Source: Octopus sinensis
Lineage: Eukaryota
Direction of reading: 5' to 3'
NCBI RefSeq assembly: GCF_006345805.1
Contig: NC_043010.1
Span: forward strand, 23,064,001 to 23,128,000
DNA length: 64,000 nucleotides
The notes below the pieces were generated by a model, which was not told the DNA's origin, did not search any database, and saw only the letters and a list, made by a program, of their open reading frames with translations. Position 1 is the stretch's first letter; each line of letters begins with the position of its first letter. This document shows positions 43,746-56,705 of the stretch, piece after piece. The position numbers were made by a program, and so were the translations under genes.

Positions 43746-44539
43746 TATATATGTATATGAATACACTTCCATTTACACTATATACACAAACATTTATAGA
43801 CAAATTTGCTATATGCACATTTAGGCATATATATGTATACACACGTACACACACACAGACGCACATGCGCATACAGACATATGCCTGTATGTATTGCTTG
43901 TGAATGCGAATGAAAGAAAGAAAAAGAGACAAAACGGAGAGAGAAAAGACAGAGCGAAATAAAGAAAGAGAGAGAGAGAGAGAGAAAGAAAGAAAAAAGA
44001 GTGAAAGAGAAAGAGAGAGAAATAGTGAGAGAGCAAGAGAGGGGTGGGTGAGAGAAAGCAAACAAAATCGAAAGAAACAATACAAAGAGCGGAAATCTCT
44101 GGAATCTAAAGCTGAGTCCTTTAACAAGTCTAGAAAACTGAGATTGTTATCGTTCAACTATTTGCTTTAATATTAGCAGGAAGTAGGCAAGGATTTCTGA
44201 TACGCCACCAATACGTCGTGTTTTAATCATTTTAATTAGGAAAAGCTATAATTTATTTATTTGATTTTTAGCATGTTTTAGATATTTCAAAAAAAAATTT
44301 TAGTTTTTTGATTGTTATCGTGAAATTCCTTAAATCGAGGCCAACATTGAAAATGGGAAAAGGAAAATTTGAAAGTCAATAGAATAAGTTACGAACAAAT
44401 AATTTAGAATCTCGCGATGACTTTATGAAATCTATAATGTACACAAGCGGCTGTTGAACGCCATTAAACACACAATCTAAAGATATTTCTATACATGTCT
44501 ACTGAACACTTATATTGTTACATTACCGTTAGTATCAAA

Positions 44540-44591
44540 GTTATTATTATAATTATTATTATTATTATCATTATTATTATTATCATTATTA

Positions 44592-44665
<74 letters not shown>
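44540..44665. repeat. (TTA)n microsatellite
   Basis: Direct repeats. Confidence 0.95.
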
Positions 44666-45454
44666 GAGTGAGAGAGCAGTTCATGCCATCAAAGTGACAC
44701 TGGGGTAAAATATACGAAGCCCAATATACCCATCATGACTACCTGTCTGATAAGGGTACACCAGGCACATGCATCACAACCATATGTGCGCGACATGGTG
44801 ATCTCATATCAAGATAAACAGCACATGACCTTGCAGGTGGGGCCCAGTTAGAATTTTCTTCAGGTTGAGTAGCCCATCCCGCTCAAAAGGTCCCTGAATA
44901 AGGGTTGTTTGAGGATGTTGAAAGAACCATCCATGTTTCCAGAGGTGAATTATTCAAACCCCAAAGAATCCCTCTCAACACATGGCTATGATGCTCCCCC
45001 ACTACTTCTGCTCGTGATCAGAGATGCACATATCGTCAGCCACTAAGGGACATGCTCAACTGGTTAAGGTCAAAACAATGACAAGCAAATCTGCGGTATT
45101 GAGCAGAATATTTGCTGTAGCCCATCTTTATACCAAGACAAAACAATGTACATGATAACACTTCCAATCAGTTGAGATCAGAAGCCATGAGAGCCACTGC
45201 CTGGTACTGCATCAGGGCATTTATACTGCATCAGGGCATTGGTACTGCATCAGGGCATTGGTACTGCATCAGGGCATTGGTACTGCATCAGGGCATTTAT
45301 ACTGCATCAGGGCATTGGTACTGCATCAGGGCATTGGTACTGCATCAGGGCATTTATACAGCATCAGGGCATTGGTACTGCATCAGGGCATTGGTACTGC
45401 ATCAGGGCATTTATGCTGCATCAGGGCATTGGTACTGCATCAGGGCATTGGTAC

Positions 45455-45455
<1 letters not shown>
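44666..45455 (-). mobile_element. (TAA)n-embedded element with a terminal 19-bp minisatellite
   Basis: Body as 36369-36922; the terminal 19-mer is amplified over ~45203-45455. Confidence 0.9.
45203..45455. repeat. 19-bp minisatellite (ggtactgcatcagggcatt / tatactgcatcagggcatt), ~13 units
   Basis: Direct tandem units. Confidence 0.95.
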
Positions 45456-45500
<45 letters not shown>

Positions 45501-45540
45501 TATTATTTTATTATTATTATTATTATTATTATCATTATTC

Positions 45541-45755
45541 AAGCGGCGAAATGGTAGAAATCCTTAGCACGCTGGGCGAAATGCTTAGCGGTATTTCGCC
45601 CGTCGCTACGTTCCGAGTTCAAATTCCGCGAGGTCGATTTTGCCATTCATCCTTTTGGGGTTGATGAATTGAATACCAGTGAAACACTGGGTCGATGTAA
45701 TCGACTAGTCCCCTCCCGCTAAACTTTCGGGCCTTGTGCATTCAATAGAAGCGAT
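45541..45755 (+). mobile_element. SINE family B
   Basis: gcggcgaaatggtagaaatccttagcacgctgggcgaaatgcttagcggtatttcg...gagttcaaattccg. Confidence 0.8.
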
Positions 45756-46850
45756 TATTATTGTTGTTGTTACTGTGATCAGGTGAGGAATTGACAGAAT
45801 CATCAGATTGCCTGGGGAAAAATCGTACATAACAATATTCATTCCGGTTCTCAACATTTTGATTTCAAATTCCGGCAAGGTCAACTTCACATTCCATCTC
45901 CTATTTAAGGGTCGCTAATATAAAGTTTTAGTGAAATAAGTTAGTATGAGGGTATGATGACGACGACGACGTCGATGATGATGATGATTTTGATGATGAT
46001 AACGACGACGACGATGATGATGATGAAGATGATAGTAACAATGATGACGTTCATGATGATGACAATGATGATGATGACGACGACGAGGATGATGAAAAAG
46101 ATACAAAGAGTACAGCAATAGACGAAGGGTGTGTGTGTGTAGCTGGGACGGTGGTGGTAGTGGTAGGGGAAGATAAGCGCAATGAAAGGAAAAGAAAGAC
46201 GAAAGAAATCTTCGGCAAGAACTTCCGTCGTGTTCAATTAAGTAACATTTACTAATTCATTCAAATACATGCGACCTTATTTGACCTCGAAATAGAGACT
46301 TAGTCCCGTTTACCGGAGAAATGATTTAGATATGGGATTAAATAAGATTTGTACTTTTGGTAAACGGTGCTGCAATGTCATGGGGTCCAATCCGCCTTTT
46401 CCGCGATTAATAGATTTATAATAGAATTCCACTCATTTTCTTTTTTGAAATGAATTCTGGGTTTTATCAGTTCAAAGGATGTTGGCATTATTGCATGTGT
46501 TCAGTGATAGTCGTTGCAGTGTTTACGGCACATACACACGCACACACACGCGCGCATACACAAATACACACAAACACACGTAAGCAGACATACTCACACG
46601 CACATACGCACACAGAGAAACGGGCGCTCACACATACTTGCATATATATGTGTGTGTGTGTGTGTATAACTTACACATACTCATAAATAATCAAATATAT
46701 AAAAACATATGTATACCGATGAAACTGTATTTATATAAACATGAATACTGTATGTGTGGGTGTATACTTAAATATATATATGTATGCACACACACACATA
46801 TATATATGCATATATATATGTATATATATATTTATATGTATATATTATAT

Positions 46851-46906
<56 letters not shown>

Positions 46907-47367
46907 TTCATATATATATGAAATATAGGTCAAATTTAAAGTACCCGCTGAGGTTAATTGCAAATTTATCATTAAAATTCATGGTATATAATTTAAAAAA
47001 GATATTTTCAATTTAATAATTACATTTGTTTTATGGATATATATTAATATAAATAGTGGAGGATGTATATTAAGACATATATTAATATTCATCGTTCATT
47101 CAATGTTTGTTTATACTTTTGTTCCGCTCCCCCACACACACATTCCTACGTGCGTACACACATACACACACTAACACATACTCAGACACATATACAGATA
47201 CGCGTGTATGACAAAAACGCATTAGCATATTAGTGTATGCGAATTTATGATCATGTATGCGAGCATACGTATGTGTAGGTGTGTCGTTATGTATGCATAA
47301 ATATGTGTGTGTTTATATATACGTATATATATATGTTTGTATGTATATATATATACACATGCATACA

Positions 47368-47426
<59 letters not shown>

Positions 47427-47479
47427 GAACACATATATTTATGCATACATATATACATACATATATATATATATATATA

Positions 47480-49325
47480 TTTCGATAGTTGAATGAATTA
47501 TCCTATGTTTACCGTCAACATGGAAAATTCGATGAACCGATACCAGGGTAGCAAATTCACGTCAGAAACACGGTTGAAGCGACCTATCCAAAGGTAGAGA
47601 CTCCGGGTCCATGAGCAGAAATGTATGTGTTATATATGAACAAATAAATAAATGGAGTTGAACGAAGATGTTAGCAAAATTCCTTTACTCTCGACATATG
47701 TTTCGAAGACAACATCGTTTTATTCCAAAGGAATAAACGGTGCAAGATGCAATCTTCTCATCAGGAAAGAAAGGGAGCCTCTCTCAACAACAAGACATTA
47801 TAACAATTACGATGACTGCCTACATGGTAAACAAAACGTTAATAAGTGTTTAAAAAAACCGTTAGTAGAATTGACGTCAAAGTTAGATAGTAGGAAGAGA
47901 AGGGTTAAAATAGGGAATAATAAGTAGGGAACAAATAGAGAGGGAGGGGTACGTTAATTAAAAGTATGTTCAAAGGCTTAGGAAAGAATTTCTCTATTGA
48001 AGTGGAGTGCACGTTAAACTAATTGTTCAAACTATAATGACTATCGAAATCATTTATATGAGTAAAAAGTATGTTTCTGCCAGTGTTTACATTTGTACGA
48101 TTTCTCTATAAGTGTGTTTACAAGGGGATCCTTAGAGAAGAGAATATGGAAGGGTTCAGAGTTGCAAATGTTACAAAATCTCCTGCCCTTATCAAAAGGA
48201 AAGGATACAGACAGTATGAACCAATCTAACTTAAAATCTATATTATTATCTTTAAGATGCCAAACTAATTTACTTATTATTATCATTGTTATCACCATCA
48301 CTATTACCATTACTATTTTTATTAATACTATTCTTATTATTATAATTGTATGAGGGGTTGGAATTAGCAAGATTAATGTTGGAACTCCCGGGTGAAGAAC
48401 CTTTATTTAGCAGCTTGGTATTGTGAGAAGATATAATTTGTGAAAGATTTCTAGTGTTAGAGAAAGCGATTCTGCAAGGGAAGGTTCGATTTAATTTGTT
48501 TTCCGAAAGGGATTACGATTTTGAATTGTACGTAGTGTTATTTGTAAAAGTAGGGGGAAAATTTCTGGGTTGGAAATTTGGGGTTAAATAGCGCTTACTT
48601 CCCCTGGTCCGTAAAGAATTTATATTATGTATTGGGCTGCTTACACTATTAGAATTAAAATCACTATTCCTATTACAAATATCTATTTTATCTGGAGAAG
48701 CAGATGTAGGTCTAGAATGAACAGATTCGATGTATGACACTTTCTCTTTATAGCTGGCTTTTAACAAGGCGGCGTTATAGAAGTCTGCCTTTTGGTTAAA
48801 GATGTCAACATTGGCAGATAATTTAGACAGTCTAAGAGATATGTTTTTGACTAAGTTATCGGTAACTGCCCTAGCGTTATTACTTTAAAGACTAATATAC
48901 TTAAGATTTGTGGAAGGTTTATGATATGGGAAGTATGAGTTATTCTGTAAATTGAGGGTAATGTCTAAGAAGTTGGCTTTAGTTAACTCATCGTTAAAAA
49001 ACGATGCGCAAGCCCATTCTACTAAAAAACCTAACTAATCTATTCTTAACCTTCTGTATTTTTTGATTTGAAATGTTTAGGAGGTAAAGCAGACAATCGT
49101 CGCGATAAAGACCTCCGCAGATGTCCGGGAACTGGTCGGCCATTTCATAAAGAATATATATTCTGACCAAATCTGCTATCTGGGCGCTGTCTTTACCTCC
49201 CATTAATACATCAAACGCATTATGGGTATCACTGCGGACCCACAACTTGCTATCGAACTTGATGAATGATTTCCTAGCAGTCAGTATCACATTAATTTCT
49301 TCCCTAGAGAGGCCTGCCTTATTGT
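47480..49325 (-). mobile_element. Internally deleted, 5'-truncated PLE related to the 32-kb element
   Basis: ARKSFIKFDSKLWVR, FDVLMGGKDSAQIADL, GLYRDDCL, IAFSNTRNLSQII, SKLVWHLKD, CNICNSE, KCKHWQKH; pLTR with HHR at 47480-47770. Confidence 0.9.
47688..47769 (-). ncRNA. Canonical type I hammerhead with extended, branched stem II
   Basis: CUUUC-CUGAUGA-GAAGAUUGCAUC(...)GAUGUUGUCUUC-GAAA-CAUAUG-UC-GAGAG; all core nucleotides canonical, GUC site. Confidence 0.9.
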
Positions 49326-49402
49326 GTGCATATACATACACATATGTGCATACATATGTATATACATATATATCTATATCTACCCAAGAGCATATATATA
49401 TA

Positions 49403-49443
<41 letters not shown>

Positions 49444-49454
49444 TGTAGGCATAT

Positions 49455-49780
49455 ATAAGTTAAATAAAATGAGACAACAAAGCCAAGGCAGTGCGAAATT
49501 TCTAGGACATTTGAAGGGAAGGGTAGTCTTACAGCTGTTTCAGGAATATAAAAGACATCCCTCTCAGAAGAGAGAATTATTATAAGAAGTTAACTTCTTA
49601 TATCGAACTCTACTATTTGCTTCTATTTAACTCTCTGATATCGTCTCCGATGGTGGGAGATCCTTTATATACCTGGAAAAGCTGTTACACTACGCTTCTC
49701 TTTACGCTTCTCTTTATAAAATGTGCAACAAATTTCGCACTGCCTTGGTTTTGTCGTAACATTTTATTTAACCTATACAC
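49455..49780. mobile_element. Old fold-back PLE-type terminal repeat with a degenerate HHR (49526-49571, -)
   Basis: 49455-49500 resembles the reverse complement of 49730-49775; CUGA-GA-GGGAUGU..AUAUUCCU-GAAA-CAGCUG-UA lacks N7. Confidence 0.6.
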
Positions 49781-50435
49781 GCTCATACACGATCCGCGTT
49801 AGACTCCTCACTATAATCGAACCGGAGTCTAAAAGCGGTCCTTCCGTAGTACTTACATATCCTTGCCTGCCGTTTGGATCTTTTGGATACCAAAAACTCT
49901 CGTATATTATATGTATATGTGTTTGTGTGTGTGTGTGTGTATGTGTACGTATGCAGATTTTATGAACGCAGAACGCAGAACGTTTGTATCTATTGTGAGA
50001 ATGTGGTATATATTTTATATCTTTTAAATTTTTTTCATGTCTATAAGAGTAAATTCCCCCTTTTTTAACATTTTTTTTCATAGCGTCTATCGTCAAAATA
50101 GACGATGAAAATGCCGCGGCATTTGAAACTCTGAGTTCTATTATGACAACTTACTGATTGTCCTATATTATACTATACTATACTATACTATATATATATA
50201 TATATATATAGTGTAATAAATAAAATATATGCATACATACAAACATATATGTACGTACCGACATCTACATGTATATATACAGGCATATATAAATATATAT
50301 ATACGTACAGGACATCACAAGAAGACGAAAAAATCAACAGAACGAAAACGGAGAAGACATTTTGTTACAACAGAAGGACAGAGACGTGGAACAAGACGAA
50401 ACGAAAACGAAAACGGGAAAAACATATATATATAC

Positions 50436-50619
50436 AGGCGCAGGAGTGGCTGTGTAATAAGTAGCTTGCTTACCGACCACATGTCTCCGGGTTCAGTCCC
50501 GCTGCGTGGCACCTTGGGCAAGTGTCTTCTACTATGAGTGAATGGATTTGGTAGACGGAAGCTGAAAGAAGCCCGTCGTATGTGTTTGTGTATGTGTGTG
50601 TGTGTATGTGTATGTGTAT

Positions 50620-50675
<56 letters not shown>

Positions 50676-50775
50676 CCTCCAACATCGCTTGAAGCCGATG
50701 CTGGTGTGTTTACGTCCCCGTAACGGTTCGACAAAAGAGACCGATAGAATTAGTACTAGGCTAACAAAGAATTTT
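50436..50775 (+). mobile_element. Composite SINE family A
   Basis: Head with gcgtggcaccttgggcaagtgtctt, (TG)n spacer, partial tail. Confidence 0.85.
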
Positions 50776-50846
50776 TTTGTTTATTCATTTTCAAAGTTAA
50801 TATTCGCTTTTATGTTTGTGAATAATATACAACAGAAATGAAAATT

Positions 50847-50888
<42 letters not shown>

Positions 50889-51186
50889 GAATTCTAATAT
50901 ATTGTACAACACTTCTAACTACGACGTAATTATTGATTGTTTCATAGTACAGAGGGAGTATGAAAGTCGAATATTGCTCCCGTGTGATTTGAACCCAGAA
51001 TTAAACACTACAAAGCAAGTTTCATTGATAGCCCAAAAGCTTCTTTCATTCTTTACCGTACTCCCTCCTGATGAGGTGTTAGTTGATATATAAGTTTAAT
51101 CTCGGCTAATTATCTCTATATAGACACATGCAGGTTGTGCATTAAAGAAATATATATACACCGATACATACAATTGCATATCTCTA

Positions 51187-51272
<86 letters not shown>

Positions 51273-51320
51273 TATGCACTTATATCAATATATACATATA
51301 CATATATATATATATATGAA

Positions 51321-51460
51321 TATTACGGCCACACCTTGAATACTACGGCCACACCTTGAATACTACGGCCACACCTTGAATATTACGGCCTCACCTTGAA
51401 TATTACGGCCACACCTTGAATATTACGACCACACCTTGAATACTACGGCCACACCTTGAA
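51321..51460. repeat. 20-bp minisatellite (tactacggccacaccttgaa) x7
   Basis: Direct tandem units. Confidence 0.95.
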
Positions 51461-52075
51461 TACTGCTGCCCACTGTGGTCTCCTCACACAAGACAAAACA
51501 TCGCCAGAATTGAGTCACCCCAGAGGGCTCTCACTAAACAAATTGAAGGCATGGCTGGTCTCGATTATTGGGATCACCTTAAAGCCTTGAAACTTTACTC
51601 CCTCCAGCGTCGCCGTGAGTAGTACATCATTTGTACGATGTGGAAAATATACCGCCAACTTTGCCCAAACGACCTAAACATTAGCTTCAAGGTTCATCCA
51701 AGACTTGGACCACGGGCTATACGTCCCCTGCCCAATTCAAGATCACAACATACATGTACACTGCAACATAATTTCTTTTCCTCAACATGCCCTGACCTAT
51801 TTAACATTGTCCCGAGGGAGATCAAAGAGGAAAAGGATCCCATCAACTTTAAACAGAGTCTGGATAGATTCCTTCAAAGAATACCAGATAAGCCACCCAT
51901 AATTGGATACAACTCACCCAACAAGAACTCACTACTTGAACAAAACTGGATACAACTCAACCAACAAGAACTTACTACTTGAACAAAACTTCACTTAAAC
52001 AAAACTTGACTTAAACAGGATTCGAATAATCCTATCAGGTGGTGCTATTAAGTTAGACATGGCCTGGACCAATCT
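51321..52075 (+). mobile_element. 5'-truncated CR1/L2-group LINE 3' fragment
   Basis: RPHLEYCCPLWSPH...IESPQRALTK..EGM..LDYWDHLKALKLYSLQRRRE*...FKQSLDRFL..IPD. Confidence 0.85.
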
Positions 52076-52628
52076 TTGGTCGAAACATATCTAAGTTTAT
52101 ATGTATATGAATATATATATATACATACATACATATATGTGTGTGTAAATACATATATACAAAGAACTATATGTATATACGTCTACGCACACAAACTCTT
52201 ATACATGTGTATACACACACATTCATATATATATATGTATATATATATATCTGCAACTGTGCATAAATGCATAAAACGCTTTGGTGTGTTCATTGATGCG
52301 TATCTCTTTAATTATATAGATTCGTATCAGCTTACGAATTTAAAACCCGACGTATGTGTATGTGTTTGTATGTGTGTGTGTGTGTGTGCGTGTGTGTGTA
52401 CGCATGCGTGTACGTGTATGTCTGTGTGGGGATGTGTCTCTTAATGTACATCCACACAAGCAGCTGCATAAATTCCCCCATACAAATTTAGTCATACAAA
52501 CGGATGTGTGAGTATATACGCATATTTTTCTACCACGCATATACAGAAAATCAGGATAGTCATAAACAGTTATATACATACATGTATATATTATATGCAT
52601 ATACACACACGCATAAACACACACACAT

Positions 52629-52661
<33 letters not shown>

Positions 52662-52721
52662 CTCGCACATAGACCAATATGTGTATGCGTGTGACAGAGA
52701 TGCATGCTTAAATACATGTAT

Positions 52722-52899
52722 GGGCGTAGGCGTGGCTGTGTGGGAAGTAGCTTGCTTCCCAACACCTGTTTCAGTCCTACAGCGTGGCACCTTGGGCAAA
52801 TGTCTTCTACTATAGCCTCGGGCCGACCAGAGCCTTGTGAGTGGATTTGGTAGACAGAAACTGAAAGAAGCTCGTCGTGTATATATATATATATATATA

Positions 52900-52960
<61 letters not shown>

Positions 52961-53160
52961 TTCTGTCAGTGGTTATCCCTACAACCGCTTGACAATAGGT
53001 GTTCGTTCGTTTACGCCCTTGTGGCAAGTGGTTCGGCAAAAGAACCCGACAGAATAAATACCAGATTTAAAATATAGGTATTAGAATTGATTTATTCTGC
53101 TAAACCGTGTCAAGGCGAAGCTCTAGCGTGGGCGTAGCTTCATGACTCAAACAATCAAAA
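52722..53160 (+). mobile_element. Composite SINE family A
   Basis: Head, (TA)n(TG)n spacer, diverged tail. Confidence 0.85.
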
Positions 53161-53748
53161 ATAAATAAATAAATAAATAAATACAAGAAGATTTAAAAGT
53201 TTCGATTTATTTAGTAACAACAACGTATCAAATATTCTCCACTTTTCTCCTCAATTTTTCCTCAATGTCGTTAACATCGTGTCCCACCGTGTTTGTTTAG
53301 AGCAAAATTGAATTCATAATGAATTCAAGTAGGAAAGGAATATCACAACGACCTTGATAAAAGGTTTCCTTAAGAAATGGGCTTCGTAAAATAAACAATG
53401 ATTTAACAGCATTAATGGTTTTGACATAAATGTTGAAGATAGTATTTCATTGCCAGTTTATTAGCACTCACGCATTTTTAGCGACTGGTCTTCAGGCGCT
53501 CTATGTACATACGTATGTCTGTCTGTCTGTCTGTACGTATGTATGTATGTATGTATGTATGTATGTATGTATGTATGTATGTCATTGTTCAGTGTTATTT
53601 CAAGATTTCTTGCCAATAGAAAAAGAATCGGTTTCTAACCTAGATCCAAGGCTCTTTCATTGGAATTTTAACATCAACAACAGGGTATTTTTGTATGTAC
53701 GTATGTATGTATGTATGTATGTATGTATGTATGTATGTATGTATGTAT

Positions 53749-54266
53749 GTATGTATGTATGTATGTATGTATGTATGTGTGCATGCATGTATGTATGTAT
53801 GTATATGTGCAGATTTGTATGTTTTGCTTTACCTATGTATTCTTATGCATATAGTTGCATATCTAGACATGCTCATATATATTTGAATTATAAACTTCTG
53901 GAAAGTTTTACACATCTTTACAGTTCTGGTGATGGATTGGATGGGTAGTCTTCGAATTAGCTTTCTCCTTCCTGGTTTTGAGAAGCCTAATTTCTCAAGA
54001 TTGGTATATACCAATCTTGAGAAATTAGGCTTCTCAAAACCAGGAAGGAGAAAGCTAATTCGAAGACTACCCATCCAATCCATCACCAGAACTGTAAAGA
54101 TGTGTAAAACTTTCCAGAAGTTTATAATTCAAATATATATGAGCATGTCTAGATATGCAACTATATGCATAAGAATACATAGGTAAAGCAAAACATACAA
54201 ATCTGCACATATACATACATACATACATGCATGCACACATACATACATACATACATACATACATAC
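53749..54266. repeat. ~518-bp perfect palindrome with no spacer
   Basis: Centre ttggtat|ataccaa at 54007/54008; mirrored identical 85-aa ORFs in the track. Confidence 0.95.
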
Positions 54267-54835
54267 TTATCCCAGGGCCCCAATAATTATAGGTATAAAC
54301 AGGTATGTATGTATGCATGCATGTATGCATGTATGAACGTATGTATGTGTATAAATATAAATATGTATACGTATGTGTGTGTATGCATGTGTATGTATGA
54401 GTGTATATATGCCTGAAGCATGAATGTATGCGTGTATATACATGGTTACTATGTACGCATGTGTGGGTATAGTCATGGAAGTATGTCTGCTTGTGTGTAT
54501 GACCATATGTATGTGCGCATGTATGTATGTGGGTATGTTTTTATAGATACATATGTGTGTATGTATGTACGTATTATGTATGTATGTAATTGTGCGTGTA
54601 TGTATGTATGTATGTATGTAATTATGAATGCGTGCATATAAGTATGCACGTGCGCATGTATGTATGTACGTATGTACGTACACATGTATGTATGTTTTAC
54701 GTACGTATATAAGTACACATATATGCACGCATATATAATTTATTCTTTTGCTTGTTTCAGTCATTTGACTGCGGCCAAGCTGGAGGACCGCCTTTAGTCG
54801 AAAAATCGACCTCAGAACTTATTCTTTATAATGCC

Positions 54836-55170
54836 CTATATTTAAAAGATGAGGAATTATGTACATTATTTACATTATTAACATTTGACGAATATTTGTC
54901 CTCATCTTGCATATGGCGTATTGGTAAAGAGCGCTGGCTACTAACCCGAAGATTCCGAGTTTGATACCAGGCAGCAACCTGAATAATAATAATAATATAA
55001 TAATAATAATAATAACAACAGCAACAACAACATCGAAAAATACCTTAGGAATACCCAGGTTCGAAATTTCCCCAAGACACCTCATGACGGCTGCAGGGTA
55101 TATCAGCCGAAGCGTTGTGTTAGCAACAAACAAGATGAGGACAAATATCCGTCGAATATAAATAATGTTA
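54836..55170 (+). mobile_element. tRNA-headed SINE with hammerhead-containing tail (family D), nested in a family A tail
   Basis: Inverted tail fragment 54836-54910, head 54909-54978, (AAT/AAC)n, HHR 55076-55121, tail to 55170. Confidence 0.85.
55076..55121 (+). ncRNA. Hammerhead (two core substitutions in this copy)
   Basis: GACAC-CUCAUGA-C-GGCUG(10 nt)CAGCC-GAAG-CG-UU-GUGUU; the 42.6-kb copy has CUGA and GAAA at the substituted positions. Confidence 0.75.
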
Positions 55171-55287
55171 TTCGTTGTAAGCGTACTACTTATTCTATCG
55201 GTTTATTTTACCGAACTGCTAAGTTACGGGGACATAAACACACCAGCATCGGTTGTTCAGCGTTGGTGGAGGACAAACACAGACAAA

Positions 55288-55340
<53 letters not shown>

Positions 55341-55559
55341 ATCCGCGTAGTTTTCACAGTCCAGATTCACTCACAAACATTGGCCGTCCCGGGATAACAG
55401 CTGAAGACACTTGCTCAAGGGACCGTAGAGTGAGATTGAACTTGAATCAGCATGGTTCCCAATGGTTATGCTCTTTCTTGCAAATCATAAACTCCATAAT
55501 GGTTTAGGGTTTCGTCATGAGAACTTCAACCACTGTCCGTTCTGAGACCGTGATTGAAT

Positions 55560-56080
55560 GTCCTATCATTCACCACAATTTGCCACCCCCAAAACAATGA
55601 AGCTTTCAGCACCATGCTCCGTAACGTACAGTTACTGGAATAGGACCCCAGGATGAACCAAACCCTCCAAGCACATACCAACATGAAAAGTAACAAACAA
55701 TCTAAATCAGTGAAAGAATACTAACAATGGCCAAACTTCGCATAAAAATAAAATCAGCAGTAAAAGAGTATGGAAGATTCAACTGTGGCATATTTTAAAA
55801 TTTGGCAGAAAGATCAGAGAGCCGTTTCAAACAAGGAGAACAAATTACAATAAAAAGTAGCTTCACCTGTGAGTCTGAAAAGCTAATCTATGCAATAACA
55901 TCTTCAAGAGTGTGGGGAGTATTACAATGGACAAACAAATATCGCTTTACGTCAATGCATGAGCCTGCATAGAACACATTTCAAAATACGGGAAGAGAAG
56001 CAAAAAGAACTAAATGAAATACAGCACTGATATCCAGAACTGATAGTGTGGAAGTTTAATGTAATTCAATTTATTTCAAG
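55560..56080 (+). pseudogene. Decayed PLE thumb/linker-GIY-YIG fragment (third endonuclease type)
   Basis: ...FKQGEQITIKSSFTCESEKLIYAI/ECGEYYNGQTNIALRQCMSLHR (one frameshift). Confidence 0.6.
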
Positions 56081-56705
56081 TTATCTTCCCTTTTATTCCA
56101 GAATGATGAATTTGTCTTAAAACGACCAAAACCAGAAGCAGCTTAGTTAAAAATGTATATAATGTACATATTGTCTTTCTGCTTCCAATGATAAATTTCT
56201 CCACACATTCTATTCTTTTTATTTTTTCCAATATGTGTGTGTGTATGCACTGTGTAAATCCGCAAAATCTAAATAAGTTTAAACATAATAAAACCTCACT
56301 GTGGGTCAAATAAGAATCTAAACACACTCTTTCGATGTTATTGGTGTGCAAAATATACACGCGCGCGAACGCACACACACACACACGTGTGTGAGAGAGC
56401 AATTAGGGGAACTTGCAATGATATTCCTACCTGTCAGAACATACACATATATTTTCGTTCATAGATGTTACCACTCTTTATGAGATCCGGGTTATTGATA
56501 TCAAAACCCGAAAATCTTTAAGGAACACGAGAAATTTCTACATCAGTCGGGCATTGGCCAGCTCTAACTGAGGCAAAAATAGCGGCAGATTCTTAAATAT
56601 CGAAACAGTCTTTGAACGTTTCTTCATATTCCTTTGAAATTTATTAAGCACCAAATATTCGAAGTGCATCCAAGGAAATACATATATTAATATTTGTTTC
56701 TATGA

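Noticed and set aside
49773-50096. 107-aa minus ORF with SYRHEKNLKD, like a PLE linker
   Set aside because: Interrupted by a microsatellite and only one short motif; too weak to call.
45203-51460. CRISPR-like arrays (19- and 20-bp repeats)
   Set aside because: Head-to-tail repeats with no unique spacers in eukaryotic DNA, derived from adjacent retroelement ends.
52035-52075. ggacc-aatcttt-ggtc-gaaacatatc as a hammerhead
   Set aside because: No upstream core; more likely the LINE 3' stem-loop.
53829-54186. Two identical 85-aa ORFs on opposite strands
   Set aside because: Consequence of the perfect palindrome; no protein family resemblance.
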